The notes beneath the pieces are model-generated. The model did not search any database and was not told where the DNA came from. It saw only the letters and a program-made list of their open reading frames with translations. From NCBI RefSeq assembly GCF_002571385.2, contig NW_019218015.1:325427-389426 (forward strand): DNA of 64,000 bases, in the 5' to 3' direction. The stretch's first letter is position 1. Every line of letters begins with the position of its first letter. Positions 23,301-35,300 of this stretch are shown here, piece after piece. The translations under genes and the position numbers were made by a program. The stretch comes from Stylophora pistillata. Its lineage: Eukaryota.

Positions 23301-26300
23301 CCGCGTTGTTCAAAGCTGATTTAAGATAACTGAGGGTTTGTGTGAAATCTGATTTTAGATCTAAAAGCTTTAAAAGAAAATTAAGTGGCATTCTTTTTGT
23401 CTACAACTTGATGACTGGATGCTCTAAGAAGTATAGGGAATATTATTCTAAAAAAGACTTTTGAACAAAGGATTGAAGAAACCCAGATTAGAAATGAACC
23501 TCATAACTGGGCCCAGAACTAGATCTGTCCTTACTTTTCCTCTTACCTCTTCGATTTGGCTGAGTGTTTACACGAGAGCGGAGTTTTTGAGATTTAAAAA
23601 CAGATTATCATAATTTATAACCCACCGATTAATTTTGGCGCGATTTTATTGGTTACTTTACGTCACGTGGTGTAAAATCACAGGAAAATTATCACGCAAT
23701 AACCCCCGTCGATATTTGTCCTCCGATTTTTTCCGTGAAAAAGAAGCATAGTCAACACAAGAGTTTCAACTTTTCTGTTCTCATATTTACATGGAAGAAA
23801 ACCAAACTCGTTTTTTTTTTGCTCGCTTGCGTCAATCATGCGCATTCGCCATCAGATCACCACTGGCTTTTTTTACTGTGTTTACGCGCAGTTTAATTGC
23901 GATGTGAAAATTGATGGAAGGGTTATAAGATAAATAAACCTCGTTCTGGCTTGCTGGTATGTAGGTTGATAATTTCCTTCGCCGAGAGATTGTCCTCAAA
24001 ATTTCATACTTGCCTTCGAAGCTTCGCTTCTCGGCCAAATATTCCTTTTTTCGGACGATCTCTCAGCCGCGGACATTATCAACCGACATACCAGCCGCCC
24101 GAAGGGGTTTATTTACTAATTAACGAGCTTAAGATCCGACGACGGCAGACATCTGGGACGGCAGACTCGATCGAGGGGGCTTGGGGAGAGGTCGCCGTTG
24201 CAATGGCGCGAAAAATAGCCTTAAGATAGCGCGCGCGACGGCAGTTGTAGTGGCTTTCCTCTTCGAAGTTTAAGAGAAGCAATGGCTACCTTTAGAAAGG
24301 CTCGGGAATTGTTGATCGCAAGTTTCGATGATGGTGACATTTCAGAGGATGAATTTTTACTGTTGTACGATGCCAACACTTCAAAAAATTTCGATTATCC
24401 CTACCACAATTACGAGCATTTTGACCTGGAAGTGTTAGATTTTTCCTAATTTTGGTTTCCCTGTTCTACGTAGAAGCTAGTGTCAGGAGACCTGTTTTCC
24501 ATATTTGGTATTGTACACGAGGTTTTCTGCTTTTCGATTAAAAACAGTTCTTCCGCCATCTTGATCTGGTTACTATGTTCCCGGCCTTTTATTCGGAATA
24601 CACAACAACTGGCGACGAGGATGGGATAAATGTCATGGAGGGTGACGATTCCGAAGAAAGTGATGGAGAATTTGGGAACCTGTACCATGTCTCAGACATT
24701 AAAAACAAAAAGCCCATTTCACTTAAGATCTACCTTGAAGGCCGCCCAGTGACTATGGAGCTGGATACAGGTTAAGTGGTGTCAGTCATGAGTGAGAGGG
24801 TGTATTTGGATTACCTCCGCCACATTACTTTAAAGGACACCTCCTTGAAGTTGCGCACAAACACAGGAGAGTCAGTGAAGCCTATGGGGTTTTGCCATGT
24901 GACTGTGCAGTATCAGGGACAGTCAAAGGAACTTCCCATATATGTAGTGAAGAATGAGGGACCCACCCTTTTTGGCAGAGAATGGCTGGAAATTATCCAT
25001 CTGGACAGGCCCTTGCTTCGTCTGGAAACATCCGACACCATTCCAGCCCTGGAAGATGTCCTGAGTAAGCATGGAGATGTTTTCTCTGAAGGTTTGGGCA
25101 AGATAAAGAATATCCAAGCACGGATCCAAGTTAAAGAGGATGCCCGACCTCGATTCTGGAAAGCCCGCCCAGTAGCGCTGGCTCGTAAACCAGCAGTGGA
25201 CGAAGCATTGAGAGAGCTGGAAGCTGAAGGAGTTATAAAGAAGGTAGCTACTCGTGAATAGGCTGCTCCAATTGTGACACCAGTGAAGAAGGATGGCAGT
25301 GTAAGAGTGTGTGGTGACTTCAAAGTGACCATCAATTCACAGCTGGAGGTAGACGAGTACTCACATCCCCGCATTTATGATAATTACGCCAGCCTAGGTG
25401 GGGGAACGTTGTTCAGCGTCATTGACCTGCGTCAGGCTTACTTACAAATGGAGGTTGAGGAGCACTCAAGGCCATTCCTCACCATTAACACAACCCGTGG
25501 TTTGTTCCAGTACCAGCGCCTTCCTTAGCTTCGGCGCCAGCCATCTGGCAGCGAGCCATGGATCAGATCCTGCAAGGACTACCAGGGGTCTTTTGTTACC
25601 TGGATGATATCATTATAACCGGCCATACCATAGAGGAACACCTTGAGCGGTTAGTCGCAGTATTGAAGAGGCTGGAAGAGTATGGTTTGAAAGCTAACCG
25701 AGAAAAGTGTGAATTCCTTAAAAGCTTTGTGGAGTACCTTGGACATGTCATCTCTGCAGAAGGACTGCATCAATCCCCAAAGAAAGTAAAGGCTATCACT
25801 GAGATGCCAAAACCTCAGGATGTTACTCAACTGCGTGCTTTTCTTGGCATGGTCCAGTATTACGCCAAATTCTTGCCCGATCTGGCCACTCATTTTGCTC
25901 CACTTCATCGGCTGTTACAGAAAGATGTGAAGTGGTTGTGGGGAGCTGCGGAACAAGCTAGTTTTCTTGCGGTGAAAGAAATTTTGCTACAGGATAGGGT
26001 TCTGATGCGCTATGACCCTGACTCACCACTAGTTCTTGCCACAGACAGCTCCTCGTATGGTCTGGGAGCGGTCTTGTCACACCGTACCGCTGAGGGAGTA
26101 GAGCGTCCTATCGCTTATGCGACCCGGTCCCTGTGCGAAACAGAGAAGAAATTCTCACAAATCGAGAAAGAAGCATTAACTTTGGTCTGGGGTGTGAAGA
26201 AGTTCCAAATGTACCTGGAGGGTCGCCACTTCACCTTGGTCACCGACCATCAGCCTTTGAAGTACATAATGGACCCGGGGAAAGCTGTGCCAGTCACGGC

Positions 26301-29300
26301 AGCAGCAAGGATTCAGCGTTGGTGCCTCTTCCTAGGAACTTTTTCATACAATATCGAGTTCCGAGGTACCAAGCAACATGCCAATTGTGATGGTTTATCT
26401 CGCTTACCCCAACCATCAGCACCCGCTGACAAGCCCGATGAAGTTAGAGTATTCCATACCACTGTTGTCGAGGCCCTCCGCGTTACAGAGCACGACTTGA
26501 GAATGCAGACCCGTAGGGATCCAGTACTTTCCCGTTTTCTGGAGCTTGTGCAGTCAGGATGGCAAGGAACCGAACTTCACCCAGAGCTCATTCCCTATGC
26601 CCATCGCGGTAACGAAATCACGATTCATCATGGGGTTCTAATGTGGGGTAGTAGAGTAGTCGTCCCAGCCAAACTGAGAGAGAAAGTTTTGGAAACGCTT
26701 CACGAGGGTCACATTGGTATGGTCAAGATGAAGGGTTTGTTGTCCCGGGGTTTTGTTTGGTGGCCAAACATTGACAAGGACATAGAAGGGGCCGTCCGAA
26801 ACTGTGAGGGATGTCAGGAGTTGGCAAATAATCCAGCCCGTGCACCCCTGCATCGATGGGAGTACCCTTCCCTTCCCTGGCAAAGACTGCACATTGACTT
26901 TGCCGGACCAGTCGAGGGAAAGATGCTCATGGTAGTGATCGATGCCCACAGCAAGTGGCCGGAGATTTTCGTGATGGAGATCACCACTGCTGAAGAAACC
27001 GTTAGCACGCTGCGCTCTCTGTTTGCCCGCATAGGACTCCCTGACCAGATGGTGTCAGACAATGGTTCACAGTTCACGTCTGAAACCTTTAGGAAATTTA
27101 CAACTGCGAACGGTATAAAGCCTGTCACTGGTGCACCTTACCATCCATCAACCAATGGTCAGGCGGAAAGATTAGTACAGAGTTTCAAGAAAGGAGTTAA
27201 GGCTGACAAGTCCAGTAGAACCCTGCAACACAAGCTTGATAGGTTCCTGTTAGCTTATCGATCAGCGCCACACGCCACTACTGAGCTTAGCCCTGCACAG
27301 CTTCTCCTGGGTCGGAATGTTAAGACAAGGTTGGACCTGATTAAGCCGGATGTTACAAGGAAAGTCAACAAGAAGTTGCTCCAGTCCAATGACCGCACTT
27401 TGAAGTCTTTTGACCAAAACCAAAACGTATGGGTCCGCAACTAGCGCAGAGGTCCAAAATGGGTGCGTGGCACCGTCATTGAACAAACGCGTCCAGTCCT
27501 CTACAAAGTCAAGGTAAATGACCAAACCTGGAAACGTCATGTCGAGCACCTACGGGATAGCGACCTTTGCCCACCTGACCCGGAAACGATTGATGATATT
27601 GCTGCTCCGGAGGAGGTCGAACATGGCACGCCGCCTGTAGCTACGGAGACTGAGTGGAAGGATGCACCACCTTTGGCTGTGAAATAACTGAATTTTTCGG
27701 TTTTAAAATTTTAGGTCGATTTCATCAGAGTGCTCCTTTAAATGAGTAGCGTGTAACGCTCTCTCACCGAGCGCTTGTTAACTTAAAATCTTGGAATTTT
27801 CGAGAAGTTGAGATTACTGGCAATTTTTTTCCAGATCTGCCCTCTTGCGATACTTCCCTTTTTAGTTTTGAAAGGCTCTAGAGCCAGAATTTCTTGACAG
27901 AGAGAGTGGTCACGGTCATCTGTCCACTCCATGTTGGATCTACATTTTGACAAAATATAACATATGTTTAAAACATTCTGGTGAGTCTGCTGACTTAGCT
28001 TCAATTTCAACCACTTAGTTCAGTTCAGAACTCTCAGAGTAGTCTTGTTTATGGATGTTGTAGTTCAAATTTTTCTTTGGTTTAAAAATTCTCAAACTAC
28101 GTTAATTTTTTGTTTACCTTCGTCTTTTATAATAGATGCGAGAAAAAGGACGACCCAAATGAAAACTGGTTTGAAACTTTTTAAACACAGGAAAACTTTC
28201 AATCAAAACATGGACATGTATGCAAAACAGCATAATACAGGTATAATGTCTTATCATGATGATAAACGTTTAACCAATTTCTAGGAGCAAACTTTTCACG
28301 TCTGATTAAAGACGTTTTTTATGGCTAAAAAAACATTACGGAAACTGTTGATTATGAAAATTTTCTCAGATAAGCCTTGTTGTTAAACTCGAGAAAAGGC
28401 AAATAGAATAATATTATGGCCATAAATTAAAGCCCGAACACGTTTACGAATTTTTCATCGAAATAAAGAGAAATAGTGAAATTGTAAAACTTACTGGGTT
28501 GCTTTCTTTGTTGACATCGACCCAGTACTAGTGACGAACTGTTAATGAGAAAGGCAAACGAGTGAAGTTAAAATTTCCCCGAACAAATCGTTTATTTTTG
28601 TTCAACTATTTCACAGACATCCTCTCATACCAATAAACTGTCTAAATTTCCAACAGTTTTCGCTCAAAGTAAAATGGCTTATTTTGCTTAAGTTTACTCA
28701 CGTTCTAGCCGCGACGGCAAAATGGCTTTCTTCACGTCACACTGACAAGGCCGCTACGGCGGGAAACCTCACAACGACGGCAACCGTAAGTAATTCTGGC
28801 AGTAACTTTATTTCCGCCTGCCGTCCCAGATGTCTGCCGTCTTCGGATCTTAAACTCGTTAATATCTCGTTTTAGACGGTGGAGAAATCGGAAAAAATGC
28901 ATTTGATTTCGGGTCAAAAACACCGTTTTATGATATTTGGATAGTCCACAGTAATGAGCATATACAGGCTACAATGTTATTCATAGAGTCATAGGGTACA
29001 TACGACACATCAGATCCGTTAAATTGTTGATCGCCTCATCGATATTGCTGTAATCTTGGTCGAAGAACACAGCATCCCCTGCAATCAGCCTCAACACTTC
29101 CTGGTGTTTTTCCTTCCGTGAATCCGGACCAATTCCAAAAACGAACACACGGACACCTCTTTGCTACAAAATTAAGTATCAATGATTATTGTTCTCAGTC
29201 TAGTTAGCCCCTTTGTCTGACAAGTCCCTTTTCTCATAAGCGCCCCCCCCCCCCCGTCATGAAGTTTACGCGTATACCAGGCTGCCCCTTTCTAAACTAC

Positions 29301-32300
29301 GATCAAAATATTGTAAAATACTGAGTTTCAAGAATACTTGTTCCGTTTGGCCTATTGTTGAAATACGGAATACACTTGTATTTGAAAACCTGTATCAATT
29401 TCTGTTCAAATTACGCGGGCAGTCAATTGCATTTTATCTACTTTATTCATTAAATTTAGAAGGCAATTCGATTTTTTTTCCGATGAAGCTCACTTGAGTA
29501 GGCCCTGGAAACTAATAAAGCTTGTACTTGTGGGGGTGGGACCCAGACTTTACATGGCCAAGCGGCAGGATCTGCGTACGAAGTTACTAGGGCACTTACA
29601 GCTATTCAGCCAATCAAAATTTGTTAATGTCAGTGTCAGGCCCAGGCCAATGCACGGCCTTTTTGCTTAAAGGAAGTACAGGATTCTTTCTCTTCTCTTC
29701 ACTCCCTCGTTCGTGTCTTATCAGTTGTCAACAGCACGAATCTCTAGAATACCTACTGAGGTGATTCCTCAGATAAAGAAATCATCGAAATTTTTTTTAA
29801 ACTTTCCTTAAATGTTTCTTACCAATGTCTATTTCGAAAAATACAATAAAAAAGATAGGTCGCCGTGCTTGTTTAAGAGATGCGATGGGCCAAACTTACT
29901 CCATTTATGCCTATACTGGAACTAATCACGCTCGTCATTTCATAGGTTCACTGTAAATTTTTTGGTAACACTTGAAAAAAAATTTGATTGATAAAAATTC
30001 TCAAGGGTATCGAATAATTTGACTCATAGTTTGTGGAAAAACCACGCAATTTTGAACGATATCGACATAAAATGTTCCTCGAGTCATTGCTTTCGAGGTC
30101 ATAATTTGCATCCTGGAGTAAAGGGCCTCGCACGCGCTTTATACGCTTACACCGTGCTCGTTCAAGAGTTAAAGAGTATCATGCCACTTTACCTGGTCCA
30201 TGGAATGCGCGCGCTTATTCGCCTGATTACGTGATTTTTATGCGCAGTAAGGGTGCGGAATGCAATTCTGAGGAATCACCTTAACTGACATGAACTGTCG
30301 ATCTAAAAGCCAAGATTTCATGTGTTTGCTTGATAAAGCTATAAACAAAGATTACGGGCCTTCTTTGGTACTGAACTCTGTGTTAAATAAACCTCTTTTC
30401 AATCTTTACAGTTTTCAACTTTTACAGTTTTTAGTGTGTCCACAATTGATTTGTGCCTTGCTTACATTTCTTCAGGCATTGTGGGTTGTATTGGCATTGT
30501 GGGTTGTATTGGTATTGTGGGTTGTATTGGCATTGTGGGTTGTATTGGCATTGTGGGTTGTATTGGCATCGTGGGTTGTATTGGCATTGTGGGTTGTATT
30601 GGTTTTGTGGGTTGTATTGGCGGTCAGAAGATTGATTGCCGCTGGAGGATCTGCTCTTTTGCCTTACCGGCAGGTTTACACACAAGAAACAACAACATGG
30701 CGGATGGACACACTGGCAAGAGCTTCGCGTTAAACGTTTCTGACTCGTCCTTTAACTTGCACTACGAGGATAATTCCTCTGAATTCGAACAACACTTATC
30801 TTACAACGCTGATAAGAAAAGGTTTAGCTGAAATGGAACCCTTGAAGAGCTTGAAAGTTTTGTCGATACAAAACTTTCGCGGCTAATCGATGATGGCGAC
30901 AAGGGTTTCAAGACAAATAAGTCATAAAACAGCTCTAGTGTTATCCTAAAGCTGACTAATGTAACACTTAACTTCTACCAAAACACCAAGACGCTTCAAG
31001 TGCAAGGGAAAGCGGCCGAAGATGTTAGAGACGTTCTTAATGAACTGATTCAAAATAATTTCTTTGTTGCGAACTTAACCGGAAACACTGCCGAGCACAA
31101 CATCGACTCCACTATGATCAACGAAGAACACATTTCTACAGTGAACAACACTTTGATAACTAACCAGAATGACCCTCAAACCTTCAAAAACGAAATTGAC
31201 AAACTTTGGAAAGCTATATAAGCATTCAACGAAAATTTCAATTTTTCGCGAATCTGTCCCAAGTGGATGCGTTGCAACGTGAAATTGATGAATACAAATT
31301 GAAATGCCCCCGAGTACGAAGTAAAGATCCAAGAACTTCAACAAGAAAAAACAAGTCTGATGGAATCTATTAAAGTTCTCTCTTCGGATAAATCAATAGG
31401 TTCACACGGTCTACAACTTGCCTCTAATGATTGGCAACCCGTTACGTCAAACAAGTCACGAGGGAAGAAGAAAAAGAAGTGGAAAGTCAGTTCCCAGAAC
31501 CAGCAACTACAAATGGAAAATAACGATGCTAGTGAGAACGGCCAAAGGGAGTAAAGACCTAATGAAGATGCAATTATTGTTGGAGATTCGATTGTCAAAG
31601 GATTACGCAAGGACTCATTAAGTCGGCCGGCTAAACGGCGCGAAACCGTGAGAAGTTTCCTTGGTGCTAAAAACGCAGACATGGAGCATTATCTACAACC
31701 AAGCTTGGCTACAAAACCGAAGGCGATAATCCTCCATGTCGGAACAAATGATATGAAAAATTCATCAACTGCTCGGGATGTGGCAGAGAAAATCGTCAAT
31801 CTGGGGAATATGATTGCCACAAACTCTCCTAACACTAGTGTAACCATTTCCGCAATCACACAAAGATTAGAGGAAGAATCGCTCGCGAGGAAAGTAAAGG
31901 ACAGCAACAGAGTTTTAAAAACATTTTGTAATCAGAATGACTGGGCCTTTGTCGAACACTTGAACATCGACGAAACATGTCTGAACAATTACAAACTCCA
32001 TCTCAACAAAAAAGGTATTGCTATTTTATTGAATAATTTTGTAAATGATATACTTCATTGATACGATTCTTACTTGACAACTGTGGCGATACTTAACCTC
32101 ACTACCACCTCTGGTGCCCGGATCAGGTCAACTCTAATGTCAAAGTGTCGTGGATTCAAAATGATTAGTTTGAATATTACAAGCCTTTTGAAACATATTG
32201 ATGAACTTTGTGTTTTTCTAAATAATCAAAACATCGACTTTCTAGCCATAAATGAGACCAGGCTAAATGAAGTATTTTCGATCAGGAGGTTAAAGTCCAG

Positions 32301-35300
32301 GGTTATGATATATTACGTCGTGACAGGTCAACAAATGGTTGGTTAGGTGGTGGCATATGTTTTTACATTCGTTCTAACATAAGCTATCTTGTCCGCACAG
32401 ATTTGGACAGTCAGCTCCTGGAAATAATATCAATTGAAATTCGTAAACACAACTCACAACGCTTTGTTATTACTTCATGGTACAGACCCCCAAATTCACC
32501 TCATGAACTTTTCACACACACTAACACATTATTAGGCAAATTAGATTCTGAAAACGTAGAACGTTCTCTTATGGGGAATCTAAATTATGACTTGCAATCC
32601 AAAGACAATTTTAATGTGAAAGCTCCTCTAAACATAACAGACATTTATGGTTGGATCAACAAATTAACGAACCTACCTCCGAATTACACCTACAACGAGT
32701 ACATTAATTGATCTGATTTTCACAAATCAGCCAGAGAATGGGTATTGTTCGGGGGCCGGTCTCATGTCGCCATCAGTGACCACAGTCTAGTTTATGCATA
32801 TCGAAAATTTTCAGTTCCCACTCTCTCCAAGGGAGTTAACTTGATAACATGTAGACAGTTTAAACATTTTAATAGCGCAAATTTTTATGCGGATATCTTA
32901 GCCCAGCCTTGGGATGAGAGAAGGCAATTGTATGATCCAAATGATATGTGGAAGATATGGAAAGAATTATTCCTAAATGTGCGTGAAAAGCATGCACCGA
33001 TGAAGACCAAACGGACACGAGATTCTAAATCCCCATGGACAACCACTAGTTTGAAAAAAGCGGATGAATTTCAGAGACCGTCTCAAATAAAAAGGCTATC
33101 AAGACAAAAGATCCATTTATTTGGAACCAATTTCGAATGGTTAAAAATCAAGTGAACTGGGAAGTTAATAGCGCGAAAAAAGCCTATTATGAAAATAGCT
33201 TCAACAATTGTTGTGGGGATCAAAGGAAAGCATGGAAAAACGGCAATCAATGAACTGACCTCACGGAAGTCCAATAAAACTGTTATTAATGAGATAGAAT
33301 ATGATGGGGTACATTCTGGAAATCAAACAGATGTAGCAGAAATGCTAAACTCATTTTTCACAGAAATTGAATCAAGCCTTAGTAGAGACGTGACAGAAGT
33401 TGATAAATCCTTCGAAGAATTTCTTACTGAAACTGATAAAAATTTTGTTTTTGAAAAAACAACACCAACCCATGTTTTTTTCAGTACTATCAAGCATAGT
33501 TAACCTGGATTAACTATGCATCAAGGCTCTGCAAGTCAAAGGCGACTGAATTGGATAATATTTCTGTGAAACTTCTAAGGGAATGTCCTGATGTATTAAC
33601 GGGTTCTCTTACTCATATATTTAATCAATCCCTAATGACTGGCATCTTTCCCGATGAGTGGAAATCTGCCAGAGTCACCCCATTGTATAAAAATTCTGGG
33701 AAGCGCTCTGATCCGACGAATTATCGACCAATATCAGTAATTCCTAACCAAAGTCTTTGAACGGATAATCTCCGATCAGCTTTATCATTATTTAACTAAA
33801 AACGACTTTCTCTCGCAGTGCCATCAATCTGGTTTTTGGTCTTTGCATTCCACTCTCACATCACTTATCGAAGCTACAGATAGCTGGGCAGGGGATATAG
33901 ACCGTGATCTTGTTAATACCGTAGTCTTTTTAGACCTCAAAAAGGCATTTGATACAGTAGATTACGATATTTTGTTACGAAAACTGCAATACTATGGGAT
34001 TCGTTGGACCAGCCATCAATGGTTTGCTTCTTAATTAGATAGCCGAACACAGATTTGTCATTTAAATTCTTGTAAGTCAACTCCGAAATGTCTGAGATGT
34101 GGTGTTTCCCAGGGAACAATTTTGGGACCTCTTTTGGTTTTTATAGATATTAATGACTTACCATATTGTTTGACATATTCGGAACCTGGAATGTGTGCAG
34201 ATGATACCAGCCTGACGCTTGCCAGCACTGACATTGAGCATATAAATTATTTCCTTAATTACGACCGGATCAATATGCAATGGCTCTCTGCTAACAAAGT
34301 TACCCTGAATATGACAAAAACTGAATTCATGCTTATTACATCAAGGCAGAAGCTATCACAATTTACGGAAAGTCCCTCTCTTATTACTGATAAAGGGAAA
34401 CGCAATCGAACAAGCAACCTCCGCTAAATCCCTTGGAGTTAATGTCAATCAAAATAAAAATTGGGAGTGTCATATTGAAAACATCTCTAAAAAAAAAAGT
34501 TAGTGCCATTGGTGTGATTAAACGAATTCGGCATCTCACTCCATTTAATGTTTTAATTAAAGTTTATTATGGCCTTATTCAACCAAATTTTGATTATTGC
34601 AACGTAGTGTGGGGAAACTGTAACAAAGGCCTTTCTGAAAAACTGCAAAGGCTACAAAATCGGGCAGCTCGCATCGTAATGTCTGCGAGCTATGATAGTA
34701 ATTTGGATGATTTGTTCCGGGCGCTGGGGTGGGGAAGACTCTACTATCGAAGATTGTAATTTACAGAAATCTATCCTAATGTATAAAACGTTACATGGTA
34801 TGACACCTGATTATCTGAGATCAAGATTTGTATATCGTGACTGTGTAAGTGCTTATCGTTTAAGGAATACTGAAAGCAAATCAGTTCTTCCACAACCTCG
34901 AACTGACTATCTCAAGAGAAGTCTTGATATCCTGGGATATCCAGGAACTGGTAATTGTACATTATTTGGATTCAATCTTTATTTACAACAAGTCCCAGTA
35001 TCAATTTTTGAAATTAGGTAAAAACCAACTGCAATCCCGTTTTTCTAATAACATACTTTGTTAACTCTCGATCAGGCAATTTCCCACTTTTTTTTACCAG
35101 ACTGTTTTCCATAGTATAAAAATTAACAAAGTGGTAGTGCGTGACTGCGGGAGCTCTAGTTTCATTAACCTCTCTATTAATTATTCTTTGACTGCAGGAG
35201 TGCGGGAATGCGCGAGCACTAGTTTAACAATCTCTCCATGAATTGTTCTTTGACTGCGGAACTGCGGGAACACTAGTTTAACGATCTCTCCATCAATTAT

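Noticed and set aside
24913-27549. Minus-strand ORFs over Gypsy pol, and similar antisense ORFs over the LINEs and UGT exons
   Set aside because: Shadow frames of real coding sequence with no recognisable motifs.
30431-30831. Repeat ORFs (GIVGCI)n, (QYNPQC)n, (LWVVLA)n
   Set aside because: All frames are open only because the 18-mer lacks stop codons; no supporting gene structure.
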